NCBI GenBank assembly: GCA_963804955.1
Contig: CAWDSQ010000022.1
Coordinates: 32,001 to 96,000 of the forward strand
Length of the DNA: 64,000 nt
Reading direction: 5' to 3'
Source of the DNA: an uncultured delta proteobacterium
Lineage (GTDB): Bacteria > Desulfobacterota > WTBG01 > CAIYCZ01 > CAIRTM01
Shown here: in pieces, positions 33,004 through 43,836 of the stretch
Layout: the number at the start of each line of letters is the position of its first letter
Numbering within the stretch: the first letter of the stretch is position 1
Program-made: the position numbers and the translations under genes
The notes under the pieces: model-generated
Databases searched by the model: none
Told to the model about the DNA's origin: nothing
What the model saw: the letters and a program-made list of their open reading frames with translations, nothing else

Positions 33004-34062
33004 ATGGGCAAAAAAATAAAAGTTGAAAGTGTCTTTTTGCTGGCGCTGCTTGTGCTGGTGCCGTGCTGCAGCAAGTTTGACCGCTCGAAGATCAAGATGC
33101 CGAAGTTCAGCTTTGTTACTTCGGAAAATGTGCACAGCATCGCATACCTTGATGCGCAGCATGCCTGGATAAGCGGCAACTACGGGACAATCTGTTTCAG
33201 CTCCGACGGCGGCAAAACCTGGGAAAAGCAGGAAAGCGGCCTTAAGGATGTGCTGCTGGGCAGCATCCGGTTTGTCAATCAGCGGGAAGGATGGGCTGCG
33301 GGAGTAGGCGGGACGATAATTCATACAACTGACGGGGGCAAAACCTGGAAGCCGCAGAAAAGCGGGACAGATAAAGACCTGCTTGACCTTTTCTTCCTTG
33401 ACAGCCGCAACGGATGGGCTGTCGGAGAGTTCGGCACGGTTATTCACACGGACAATGGCGGCAGGACCTGGTCTGTGCAGCATGAGCCGGAGGATAAGAT
33501 TTATAATAATGTTTTTTTTACTGACAACAGCACGGGATGGATTGTGGGAGAGTTCGGTACGATTCTTCGCACCGAGGACGGCGGGGCGACCTGGCAGCCT
33601 CAGGAATGCAGGGATCTGGCGCCGGCTGCAAGCGAAACAGACTGGGAAAAGCCCCTGCCCGCGCTGTACGGGATTTATTTTGAGAACAAGGACCGGGGTT
33701 GGATAGTCGGGATGGACGGTGTGATACTGAAAACGGCCGATGCTGGAAACACCTGGAGCAAGGTTGTGTCAGGCACGGATAAGCCCCTGTATTCGCTTGT
33801 GGTCAGAGGATCACAAGGATGGGCGATTGGCAATAAAGGGGTTTATTTAATGAGCAGCGATGGCGGGACCACCTGGCAGGTTAAAGAAGATGCCATAAAA
33901 ACAAAGTTCTGGCTCAGGAAAGTAGCCTTCTGCGATGAGCTGCATGGCCTTGTTGTCGGAGCGCGGGGCACCATCGTCCTGTCCGATGACGGCGGCGCGC
34001 ACTGGAATATTATCTCGGGCTTTACCTATGATATGCCGGAATTCGGACTGGCGGATTTTTAG
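33004..34062 (+). CDS. YCF48-like BNR-repeat beta-propeller (probable lipoprotein)
   Basis: Many GW.VGE.GT I.HT.DGGKTW repeats. N-terminal LLVLVPCC. Confidence 0.9.
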   Translation: MGKKIKVESVFLLALLVLVPCCSKFDRSKIKMPKFSFVTSENVHSIAYLDAQHAWISGNYGTICFSSDGGKTWEKQESGLKDVLLGSIRFVNQREGWAAGVGGTIIHTTDGGKTWKPQKSGTDKDLLDLFFLDSRNGWAVGEFGTVIHTDNGGRTWSVQHEPEDKIYNNVFFTDNSTGWIVGEFGTILRTEDGGATWQPQECRDLAPAASETDWEKPLPALYGIYFENKDRGWIVGMDGVILKTADAGNTWSKVVSGTDKPLYSLVVRGSQGWAIGNKGVYLMSSDGGTTWQVKEDAIKTKFWLRKVAFCDELHGLVVGARGTIVLSDDGGAHWNIISGFTYDMPEFGLADF

Positions 34063-34073
34063 ACGGAGAAAGC

Positions 34074-34733
34074 ATGAAAAAAGCAGCTAAAAGTACGATG
34101 CACATAGCAGTTCATGCATTGGCAGCGAGCATCTTCATTTTTCTTCTGTACATGGTGACAGGCGCGGCCGCAGAGACGGTTATAACCGATGCGTCAATTC
34201 AGGGCCAGAAACCGCTTCTTGTCTATTTTTCACGGGGCGGCAATACCAGAATCGTCGCACGCGAGCTTGCCGCAGACCTTGGCGCCGACAGCGCTGAGAT
34301 AAAGTCAAAGCTGAACCGGCAGGAATTCAGCGGGATCATAACCTGCCTGCTCGACCAGCTGCTTGACCGGGACGACGATCCTGAGGCGATACCTGTTGAC
34401 ATAGCCTCCCATAACCCGGTGATTATTGCGTCGCCCACATGGCTTAAGACGCTTTCCTCTCCTGCCCGGACATTCATACAGCAGCATGATTTCAAGGGCA
34501 AGGATGTCTATATTGTGCTGACCTATAACGGCAAGGCCAGGGATGATATTGACGCGAAGCTCAAGGAAATAATTGCCCCCCGGGGCGGAACCTTTGGCGG
34601 ATTGTTTACGCTGATAGCAAAGGGCAAGGATGAGCAGGGGCTGCGGGATGAAGCAAAAAAGCTTGCTGAAAAAATGCGGCCCCGTCTCGCGGCAAAAAAA
34701 TCCGGCATCGTTTCACATACCCCTGTTAGATAA
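34074..34733 (+). CDS. Flavodoxin-like protein with N-terminal signal/TM segment
   Basis: LVYFSRGGNTRIVA FMN-phosphate loop, IIASPTW, preceded by a hydrophobic stretch ending AAAE. Confidence 0.8.
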   Translation: MKKAAKSTMHIAVHALAASIFIFLLYMVTGAAAETVITDASIQGQKPLLVYFSRGGNTRIVARELAADLGADSAEIKSKLNRQEFSGIITCLLDQLLDRDDDPEAIPVDIASHNPVIIASPTWLKTLSSPARTFIQQHDFKGKDVYIVLTYNGKARDDIDAKLKEIIAPRGGTFGGLFTLIAKGKDEQGLRDEAKKLAEKMRPRLAAKKSGIVSHTPVR

Positions 34734-34797
34734 AAAAACCTGACAGTGAACATACACAGGTCAGCTTTTAAAAATCTATAATATACGAAAGTACACT

Positions 34798-36123
34798 ATG
34801 GCCCAAAAATTTGATCTTGTTGTCGTCGGCGGTGGGACTTCCGGTCTTGAGGCTGCAAAAACCGCGGCGGAAAACGGTTTACGTGTGGCGCTTCTTGAGC
34901 GCAAGACTCATCCTGCCAAGATTCAGCGGTCATGCGCCCAGATGTTTCTGCTGAACATGGACTCCTTCTACGAAGAGCACATGTATTTTTCAAAAGAAAA
35001 GAAAAAATGGGTATTCCCGGTCAATAACTTTTCCGTCAACTACAGCGGCAACTACCGCGAGTTTTATGCCTGCCACTTCATTTCCCCCAATGCCACGGAC
35101 CGCATTGAGCTTGGAGATTACGAGCTGAATGCATCAGGCAGCGGTACTCCTGCAGTTGTATTTGATAAAGAAGCGCTTCTTGACGGACTTTTTGAAGAGG
35201 GGCAAAAGGCCGGCGTGCACTATTTTCTTGAAAGAAATGTTACCTATGTAAGCCAGGTATCCGGCGGGGTGCAGATTAAGACCGCAGAAGGCGATGTGCT
35301 TGAAGGCGCTTTTTGTATTGCAGCAGACGGCATCAATTCACGTTTGGCAAAAATAACCGGCCTGAACAAGGAGCGTCTTTTTATTAATACGAGAAAATCC
35401 ATCAGCCATTATGTCACGGGCGTCGAGTTCGAGCGCTCCGAGGCGATTTTTCTTGGCATAAGCTGGGACAAAGAAAAGCTCGGGCCCGTGCCGTTCTGCC
35501 TGCTGCCCAGTGTGTACCGTGATGATGAGTACTGGTTTTTCGTGAGCGGCGACGAGCAGTTTGAGTTTCTGACCAAACGAAGCAATTTTAAAAGGTGGTT
35601 CCCGAGGCTTGAGATCACCCATACCCGCGCAAACGTTGTCAATAACTGGAGCCCGGCGCGGGAGCCGTTTAAGGACAATGTTCTGTTTGTCGGCGACAGC
35701 TGCTGGTTTTCAGAAGCGGAAAACTCGGGCGCTCTGCTTTCAGGCCATAAGGCCGCACATGCCGTATGCGAAGCGCTGCATCGGGGCATGCCCAACAGGG
35801 ATGGCATCATGAACTACATCAGCTGGTGGCAGCAGAACTGGCTTGCAACCCACGATTACCGCGATTTCCTCTGCTATCCGCTTTTTAACCGGATGTTTAC
35901 TGAAGATGAGTATAACTACCTTCACAATATTGTTACTCAAAAGCTCCCCTGGACAATTAATCCGTTCAAGCTGTACAGCAGGCTCATGACAGGCCTGCAG
36001 CCCCACCTTGAGCGTGTAAAACAGGAGCGGCCGCAGCTTGCGCAGAAGATTGCCATGTTCCGGCCGGAGCAGGTCCTGCAACTCATAAAACCGGCAGCAC
36101 GGATGGGGTTTCCGAATGTGTAG
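34798..36123 (+). CDS. FAD-dependent oxidoreductase, GGR/FixC-like, paralog 1
   Basis: DLVVVGGGTSG, QRSCAQM, IAADGINSR, VGDSCWFSEAENSGALLSG, QERPQLA. Confidence 0.85.
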   Translation: MAQKFDLVVVGGGTSGLEAAKTAAENGLRVALLERKTHPAKIQRSCAQMFLLNMDSFYEEHMYFSKEKKKWVFPVNNFSVNYSGNYREFYACHFISPNATDRIELGDYELNASGSGTPAVVFDKEALLDGLFEEGQKAGVHYFLERNVTYVSQVSGGVQIKTAEGDVLEGAFCIAADGINSRLAKITGLNKERLFINTRKSISHYVTGVEFERSEAIFLGISWDKEKLGPVPFCLLPSVYRDDEYWFFVSGDEQFEFLTKRSNFKRWFPRLEITHTRANVVNNWSPAREPFKDNVLFVGDSCWFSEAENSGALLSGHKAAHAVCEALHRGMPNRDGIMNYISWWQQNWLATHDYRDFLCYPLFNRMFTEDEYNYLHNIVTQKLPWTINPFKLYSRLMTGLQPHLERVKQERPQLAQKIAMFRPEQVLQLIKPAARMGFPNV

Positions 36124-36212
36124 AACAGGTGCAGGCTTATAGGTGGCGACAGGTCGGTCGTTCGAACAACTGTATAAAACACGTATGCAATTGTTTTAAA
36201 GACTGAGAATCA

Positions 36213-37543
36213 ATGGCAACAAGCTATGATCTCATCGTTGTCGGTGGCGGGACTTCCGGCCTTGAAGCAGCAAAAACTGCGGCGGAAAACGGGCTGCGCG
36301 TTGCTTTGCTTGAGCGCAAAAGCCAATCCTGCAAACGTGCAGCGTGCCTGCGCCCAGATGTTTCTGATGAACATGGACTCTTTTTATAATGAGCGGATGT
36401 ATTTTTCTGAAACCACGAAGAAATGGGTGTTTCCGGTAAATAATTTTTCCGTGAACTATGCAGGAAACTACCGCAAGTTTTACGGCTGCCACTTTATCGC
36501 GCCCAATGCCCGGGACAGAATCGAGATCGGCGACTATGAAGCAAATGAATCAGAACAGGGCGTTGCAGCGGTTGTTTTCGACAAAAACGCTTTGCTTGAA
36601 GGCCTGTTTGAGGAAGGCAAGAAGGCGGGAGTCGACTATTACCTCGAGCGCAATGTGACATCCGCCGGCAGGGTCGCCGGCGGCGTGCAGGTAGAGACCG
36701 CCGAAGGAGACAGGCTTACCGGTACATTCTGCATTGCCGCAGACGGCATCAACTCGCGGCTTGCGCGGCATAAGCGGACTTAACCGGCAGCGGACATTTC
36801 TTTTTACCGCCGGGTCGGTCAGCTATTATGTCACGGGCGTGCAGTTTGACCGGTCTGAAATGATCTGCATGGGAAATGCCTATGACCATAAGGGCGGCCT
36901 GGGCCCGGTGCATTTCTGCATGCTCCCGAGCGTGTACCGTGAGGACGAATACTGGCTGTATGTCAACGGCGATGAGCGGCTTGACTTTTTTACCAACAAA
37001 AGCACCTTCAGCCCATGGTTTAAAAAAACCGAGATTACCCATAAGCGATGCGCGGTGATCAATGGATGGAGCCCTCCTCCTGAACCCTTTCTGGACAATA
37101 TAGTTTTTGTGGGTGACAGCTGCTGGTTTGCCGAAGCGGAAAATACGGGCGCGCTTCTCTCGGGACATAAAGCGGCCAATGCCGTGTGTGAAGCCCTGCA
37201 CCGGGGGGAGCCCAACAGGCAGGGGGTTTTGAGCTACATTTCATGGTGGAAGAAAAACTGGCCTGAAACACATGATTACAAGGATTTTCTCTGCTATGCC
37301 GTTTTTTTCAGGATTTTCACGGAAGATGAGCTGAATTATCTTCACAGGGTTATAACCAAGAAGCTTGTCTGGTCTATGAATCCGTTTAATCTTTACGGCC
37401 ATATTATGCGGGGGATGCAGCCCTATATTGAAAAAGTCAGGCGTGAACGTCCTGAACTTGCCCGTAAGCTGGAAAATTTCACCCCGAATCAGGCTGTTTC
37501 CATGATGAAGCCGGCAACACGTATAGGTTTTCCGGCGTATTGA
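36213..37543 (+). CDS. FAD-dependent oxidoreductase, GGR/FixC-like, paralog 2 (two frameshifts)
   Basis: MATSYDLIVVGGGTSG, QRACAQM, IAADGINSR, VGDSCWFAEAENTGALLSG. Closely related to paralog 1. Confidence 0.85.
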
Positions 37544-37559
37544 AATGACTCAAGAATTT

Positions 37560-37583
37560 TAAAACTCATATGAGTTTTATAAT
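37560..37583. promoter_or_regulatory. Perfect 20-bp palindrome (candidate MarR operator) abutting TATAAT
   Basis: TAAAACTCATATGAGTTTTA at 37560-37579 and TATAAT at 37578-37583, 18 nt before the marR start. Confidence 0.65.
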
Positions 37584-37600
37584 CATCAATTCCAGATACT

Positions 37601-38056
37601 ATGGAAGAAAAACTGCTTGAATATATGACCGTGCTGCGTGATTTCGGGCGTATTTACACGCAGCAAATTATCAACGGCAACCCGAAGCTGAAAACCGACC
37701 TTCGGCTGTCTCAGATAAAGACCCTCTCTGTGTTCAGGGACAGAGACCGCCTGTCAATGAAAGAACTTGCTGAAATTATGGGCGTCAAGCTTCCCAATAT
37801 GACCATGATGATAGACTGCCTGGCGAAGGAAGGTGTCGTGGAGAGGGAGCGGGACGCCGAGGACAGAAGAAAAGTGTATGTTCGCCTCACACCGAAAGGG
37901 AAGAAAATAAGAAAAGATTTTTTAATGCATCGGCACAAAATTGCACGGGCAGTTTTCAAACAGGTGAATGCAGCAGACAAGTCAGAGTTGTTGAGCTCTC
38001 TTGGCAGTGTGTGCAGGATTCTTGAAAGGGCATTTGGAGAAAACGGCATTGCGTAG
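37601..38056 (+). CDS. MarR family transcriptional regulator
   Basis: LSMKELAE...VERERDAEDRRKVYVRLTPKG. Confidence 0.93.
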   Translation: MEEKLLEYMTVLRDFGRIYTQQIINGNPKLKTDLRLSQIKTLSVFRDRDRLSMKELAEIMGVKLPNMTMMIDCLAKEGVVERERDAEDRRKVYVRLTPKGKKIRKDFLMHRHKIARAVFKQVNAADKSELLSSLGSVCRILERAFGENGIA

Positions 38057-38140
38057 GAATTCCATAGGCCGGGTACGGTATCATGAATGCTATAGGGCGG
38101 TTTCATGGCACAGGTAAAAATCGGAGACAGGAGAAACACC

Positions 38141-39495
38141 ATGTCAAGCAAATATGATCTCGTTATAGTCGGCGCCGGACCCGCAGGGCTCATGGCTGCA
38201 AAGGTGGCGGGAGAAAGTGGATTCACCGTTGCCCTTCTTGATCGTAAGGACAGATATTACCGAAATTCAGCGCTGCTGCGCCACGATGTTTGCCATTGAG
38301 GATGAATACTATTTCGGCGAGCGCATGTACTTTAATGAAGACAAGCGCCGTCTTGTTTTTCCGGTAACGGGATTTACCGTTCCGTATGACGGCCCGTACA
38401 AGAATTTTTATGCATGGCATCTCTATACCTCTGATGCGCAGCATGTCATAAAGCTCGGAAGCTACGAAAACAATGTTGCAAAGGGCAGCAAAGGCAGGCT
38501 TTCTGTAACTTACAGCAAGTCCCATCTTCTCAAAACCCTTCTTGACGATGCGAAGAAAGCCGGCGTGCAGGTTTTTACCGGCGCCAATGTAATCGGCTTC
38601 AAGCGCCAGAAGGATGTCAACACGGTTAGAACCGCTGAGGGTCGAGTTTTTGACAGCACCTTCACCATAGCCGCGGACGGAATCAACTCCCGGCTTATGA
38701 AGCTGCTTAATCTTAACAGAGACCGCATATTCTACGGGACCCTCCAGGGCGTGAGCTACTATATGACCGGTTTGGATTTGCCTAGTCCTGATGCGATCAA
38801 CTACCCCATGCTTTTTCATGAAAAAACTCAGTATCCGATCATGATCTGGATTGAGCCAAGCCCGTTTGCGGAAGATGAATTCTGGATATATGCCGGCGGC
38901 CCTTCGCATCCCGACATAGATTATAAAAAGGAGCTTGACAGATTTATTGTCGACAGCCCGTTTTCAAAATGGTTCCCCAAACCGGTGATCAGCAAGAAGC
39001 AGGCACATGTGGCGAATATCTGGTCGCCGGCGCCGACGGTGTTTAAAGATAATGTTCTTGTTACGGGTGACGCGGGCTGGACGGTGGAAGCCGAGTGCAC
39101 CGGCTCCATGATGTGCGGGGTGAAGGCTGCCAATGCAATCGTCGAAGCCCTGCGGGAAGGCAAGCCGAATGGTGAGGGCGTGGCAAATTATACTGCATGG
39201 TGGCGGCAGCACTTTGCAGACTCTCAGGATCATACCGAATTTTTCCAAATATTAAGCTCGGCCCTTGTCGGTGAGGAGCGGGCAAACTATCTTAATAAGC
39301 TTGTCTGTGAGACGCTTCCCTGCTCACTGAATCCGTATAACCTTTTAAAGAACGTCAATGCCCATATTATGGGGAAGGTCGGGACAATCCAGCAGGAACG
39401 GCCTGATATTCTCAGCAAAGCTGCAGGCCATGGCGATGGTGCCTGTAAAAAATCAGATGAAAAGTTTTATTCGATCGGGTTTTCCAAATTATTAG
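38141..39495 (+). CDS. FAD-dependent oxidoreductase, GGR/FixC-like, paralog 3 (frameshifts)
   Basis: YDLVIVGAGPAG, QRCCATM, IAADGINSR, TGDAGWTVEAECTGSMMCG, QQERPDIL, terminal RSGFPNY*. Confidence 0.85.
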
Positions 39496-39576
39496 GATTC
39501 ATTGAACAGGCATAAAATAGCGGCGCGGCGAATCATTCAAGCTCTGCAGGGCAGAATTTAACGATAGGCACGATGC

Positions 39577-40932
39577 ATGTCAAAAAATTATGATATTCTC
39601 ATTGTCGGTGCCGGGCCTTCCGGCCTGCTTGCAGCAAAGGCTGCCGGGCTTGCAGGGTTTCGGGTTGCCCTCATTGAGAGAAAAACAGATGTTTGCCGCC
39701 TTGACCGCATGTGCGGCCAGACCCTGGTATCGGCTAATGACTACTATTTTGATGACCTTGTTAACTATAATCGACAGGGCAAAAGCATAGGCTTTCTCAA
39801 AAACGGTTTTTCATTCAGCTATGACGGGCCGGTAAAAAATCTGAACGGATGGAATGTCTATTCTCCAAACGGTAACTGCATGCCGTTCGGCAACCCGGCT
39901 GAGACAAGAAAAAAGGGTGACTGGGGCTCCGTCGGCTTAGCCTATGATAAAGAGATACTGTTTAAGTGCCTGCTCAGCGAAGTCAGGGATGCGGGTGTCG
40001 AAGTCATTACCGGCATAGATATTACCGCTGTAGAAACCATGCAGGCAGGCGTCAGGGTGAGCGGCAACGGGCAAACCTTTGAAGGATCATATCTCATTGC
40101 CGCTGACGGCACCAATTCACGTATTGCTAAGCTTCTGGGCTTTAATGAAGGAAGAAGGTTCTACAGCTATCTTCTCGCCATGGGATGGCGCATGCGGGGC
40201 TTAAAGCTTCCGGAGCAGGATATTCTTATCTCCGGCATAACCTATAAAACCGCTGCCCCGGGCTCCATGTTCATATTTCCCCGACCCTATGAAAATGAGC
40301 ATATGGTTGTATTTTTGGCCCTTGAGCCGACGGTTGATCTTGCTGATGTGTCTCGGGCGTTTATGCAGGAAAGCGCTTTCTTTGCGCCATGGTTTAAGGG
40401 AGCGGAGCAGATCAAGCAACTGGCCTCAGCCCAGTATATGTACGAGCCGGTTCTGGAGCCATATAGAAACCGTGTGCTTCTTGCCGGTGATACAGGCGCC
40501 TGCCAGGAGCTTGAAAACACCGGGGCCATGATCAGCGGCTGGAAGGCGGGAAATGCCGTAGCCGCCGCCCTGAAAGAGGATAAAATGGGAATTGGGTCCC
40601 GGGCTATTGCCGAGTATGTGCAGTGGTGGAAGGCAACCTATATTGAAAAATGCTCTCATGATGCGTATCTCATGAACTTTGCGCTGCCGTATGTTCTGGA
40701 TACCGAAGATGATCTGAATTACCTGTTCAGCCTGATGGGTGAGCCGCTTGCTCCCTGCTGGAATCCATACGCGGCAATTGCCCATATCGGGCAGCTCATG
40801 CAGACGCTGGCGCCGCGCATACAGAAGGAACGGCCCGACATTATGATGAAGCTTGCGAAAATGTCCCGTCCGATGACGGAAGTGCTTGGTGCGGCAACAA
40901 AGGCATGTCAGCCACTCGTGGAATTAAAATAA
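39577..40932 (+). CDS. FAD-dependent oxidoreductase, GGR/FixC-like, paralog 4
   Basis: YDILIVGAGPSG, DRMCGQ, IAADGTNSR, AGDTGACQELENTGAMISG, QKERPDI. Confidence 0.87.
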   Translation: MSKNYDILIVGAGPSGLLAAKAAGLAGFRVALIERKTDVCRLDRMCGQTLVSANDYYFDDLVNYNRQGKSIGFLKNGFSFSYDGPVKNLNGWNVYSPNGNCMPFGNPAETRKKGDWGSVGLAYDKEILFKCLLSEVRDAGVEVITGIDITAVETMQAGVRVSGNGQTFEGSYLIAADGTNSRIAKLLGFNEGRRFYSYLLAMGWRMRGLKLPEQDILISGITYKTAAPGSMFIFPRPYENEHMVVFLALEPTVDLADVSRAFMQESAFFAPWFKGAEQIKQLASAQYMYEPVLEPYRNRVLLAGDTGACQELENTGAMISGWKAGNAVAAALKEDKMGIGSRAIAEYVQWWKATYIEKCSHDAYLMNFALPYVLDTEDDLNYLFSLMGEPLAPCWNPYAAIAHIGQLMQTLAPRIQKERPDIMMKLAKMSRPMTEVLGAATKACQPLVELK

Positions 40933-41002
40933 AAACACGGAGTGCTGAACAAATTCAGTCTGCATGGATCACTACGCAGAGCTCATGTTAAGGAGATGTA
41001 CT

Positions 41003-42326
41003 ATGAAAGAACGATATGATGTCACTGTTGTCGGCGCCGGGCCCGCCGGGCTGCTTGCTGCCAAGGCTCTTGCTCAGAATGGGTTTGACGTTGCCGTGCT
41101 TGAAAGAAAGACAGATCCGTCTGCTATAACGCGGGCATGCGGGCAGTCTTTGCTGCCGCCGAATGAATATTTTTTTGGCGACATCTTTCATTATAATGCA
41201 AAGGATAAGCGGTTCTGCTTTTCCGCCAGCGGCCTGTCATTTCCCTATACCGGCCAGGTAAAGAATCTGTACAACTGGCACATGTTTTCTCCGGGAATGA
41301 ACAAGATGCAGTTCGGCTATGGTGATGAAAAACAGACAGCTCCTATTGCCGTGTCCTATGACAAGGAAATTTTAATCAAAGATCTCCTGCGGGACCTGGC
41401 GTGCGACCATGTTGATGTGTTTGCCGGGACTGAATATACGGACATGCAGTTCGGGCCGGGCACGATTGTTGTCCAGGCAGGCGAAAAAGCCTTTCAAAGC
41501 TCGTTCGTGATTGCAGCAGACGGGACAAATTCACGGGTTGTGCAAAAGCTCGGCTACAACAGCAACCGGCGGCATATTGCAAACCTGTACGTTCAGTCCT
41601 GCTTTATTAAGGGATTTAAGCCGCCGCATGACAATGCAATTATTACGGCAGTAACCTTTATCGATGACAAGCCCGTGTATCTGTTCCTTTTACCCCGGCC
41701 CGACGGTGATGAGTGGAATTTTATTATTCTTACGCTCGAAGGCTCCGTCGATTTGGCTGCCGCCTATGACCGGATAACCAAAGATTCGCGCTATGCCGCA
41801 TGGTTTAAGGGAACAAAAAAGACGCAAGAGTTTGCCGCCATTGAGGCTATCTATTCTCCGATCCAGAGGCCGTTCAGGAATAATGTGCTTATTTTGGGCG
41901 ATGCGGGAGCATGCCAGGAGCTTGAGTGTCTGGGCGCAATGATTACCGGCTGGAGGGGCGGCCTTGCCATTGCCAGTGCTTTAAAGGAACAGGAGCTTGG
42001 CATTATGCCGCGGGCCATTGCCCAGTATGAGGACTGGTGGCTGAATACCTATATAAAGCAGTATGACTATCAGGATTATTTATCAATTTTCGGCATTGCC
42101 TATATGTTTTCGAAACCCGAGGTGATTGATTATATTTTCGGACTCATGGGTGCTGAGTGCTTTCCCTGCAACATTTAATCCCTACAGGGCCGTGGGATTG
42201 CTTGGCGGAAGGCTGCAATCGCTTATGCCCACAATCATGCAGGAGCGGCCCGATGTTCTTCAGCTGCTTGCAGGAACCATGTGTATGTTTCCATCTGATG
42301 TTATGGGCCAGACTCTTAAAAAATAA
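41003..42326 (+). CDS. FAD-dependent oxidoreductase, GGR/FixC-like, paralog 5 (frameshift near 42165)
   Basis: YDVTVVGAGPAG, TRACGQ, IAADGTNSR, LGDAGACQELECLGAMITG, QERPDVL. Confidence 0.85.
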
Positions 42327-42360
42327 ATATTTGTTCACGGTTTTGTTTCAGGAGGCATGT

Positions 42361-42828
42361 ATGAAAAAAGAGCGGAGGGGACAAGACTGGGATGCACTGG
42401 GGAATCGCATTTTTCAGGCGTACAACGAAATTTCGAAAACCATAAATCCCAGTCAGCTTATCAAGGTTGATCTGACCAGCTCGCAGATAAAAGTGATCGT
42501 CAGTTTTTTTCATAAAAAAACCTTTACCATGGCTGAACTGAGCAAGACGCACGGAGTTTCCTTCTCAACAATGACGAGCATGGTTGACCGGCTGCTTCAG
42601 AACGGTTTGCTTGAACGGCAGCGGGATGAGGTAGACCGGCGAATAGTGCTCGTGACACTGAGCGCCAAGGGCAAAAAGATGGTCGATTACCTGATGAAGG
42701 CGCGCAGGCAGAATCTTGAAAAGTTTCTATGTGAGTTGACCCAGGATGAAGTTCGGGAGTTTGTGAAATCCATTGAAAATGTAGCCCGGCATCTGTCAAG
42801 GGCAAAGGGAAATATGCTGCAAAAATAA
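42361..42828 (+). CDS. MarR family transcriptional regulator
   Basis: FTMAELSK...MVDRL...ERQRDEVDRRIVLVTLSAKG. GGAGG RBS before 42361. Confidence 0.93.
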   Translation: MKKERRGQDWDALGNRIFQAYNEISKTINPSQLIKVDLTSSQIKVIVSFFHKKTFTMAELSKTHGVSFSTMTSMVDRLLQNGLLERQRDEVDRRIVLVTLSAKGKKMVDYLMKARRQNLEKFLCELTQDEVREFVKSIENVARHLSRAKGNMLQK

Positions 42829-42889
42829 TTTTATTGAAATTTATACTTTTTATAAATTTTACCCTGATTCAAGAAAGGAGATCTATGCA

Positions 42890-43765
42890 ATGGCTGCGAA
42901 AAAACCCGTAATTACGCTAAAATCAATTTTTTACACGGCAGTGTCGCTGGTCTGGATTTTCGGGCTTTCGGCCATAGGCCATATCATTATGGTACTGATT
43001 GAAAAGTACAACCCTGGCATCAAATACGATTTTGCCTGGGTCTGCGCCATCGTCGGCATCCTCGCGCTGTACTCGACACGGTGGATGAAAGGGGACGGCT
43101 GGCAGAGTTTTATCGGCTGCATGGCAGGCCTTTGTGTGTGGTTTGCCTGGGAGTACAGCCTTATGTACGGCGGCCATGACATGGGCGTCACCTATACCTG
43201 GAACGGCAGCTACCCCGAGTACCGCATGATGAAATGGACCTACATGATGCTGCTCATGGTGTTTCTGTATCTCCTGTTTCAGGAGAGCGTGCGCTGCAAC
43301 CTAATCTTTTATCTGCGGCGCAAGCTCCGGCTCATGCGGGGCGCTGTCGCAACGGGCAAGATAGACAATTACGGGCCCCGTACATTTTTTGAATATATCA
43401 TGATTACCTGGACCTTCTACGTGCTTCTGATGATCGGCTATGACGAGGTCCTGTTCGGCGCGTATTCCTGGTTTACCTATATGGTCTTTTTTGTATCGTT
43501 TTCCCTGTTCTTCTATCTTACATACAAGCTCCTGGGCTATGACCGGTTCGGCGCAAACCTGCGCTATGCCATACCCACGGTCACCATCCTGTGGAACGAT
43601 GTCGAGATACTGGCCAAGTGGAACATGCTCAAGGAGCCCTGGGTGCATATAAACTGGCCCATTATGTCGGTGATTATCGGCGGGTTTGCCGTATCGACCT
43701 ATCTGATTGTCAAGGACCTGCGCGGCCGCGGCACGGACATGATCGATTCAAAGGACATTCATTGA
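42890..43765 (+). CDS. Polytopic membrane protein of unknown function (~8 TM)
   Basis: Intact 291-aa hydrophobic ORF with AAGGAG RBS. Confidence 0.75.
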   Translation: MAAKKPVITLKSIFYTAVSLVWIFGLSAIGHIIMVLIEKYNPGIKYDFAWVCAIVGILALYSTRWMKGDGWQSFIGCMAGLCVWFAWEYSLMYGGHDMGVTYTWNGSYPEYRMMKWTYMMLLMVFLYLLFQESVRCNLIFYLRRKLRLMRGAVATGKIDNYGPRTFFEYIMITWTFYVLLMIGYDEVLFGAYSWFTYMVFFVSFSLFFYLTYKLLGYDRFGANLRYAIPTVTILWNDVEILAKWNMLKEPWVHINWPIMSVIIGGFAVSTYLIVKDLRGRGTDMIDSKDIH

Positions 43766-43836
43766 TCGTTATTGCGGATTGCAGATTTTTGATTACAAGA
43801 AAAGAGACAATTTTAAAATAAAGAGGAGATACAGCC

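Noticed and set aside
34798..42326. Flavin-dependent halogenase or secondary-metabolite cluster
   Set aside because: No WxWxIP motif, and no PKS, NRPS, carrier protein or flavin reductase. Context is anaerobic Fe-S chemistry.
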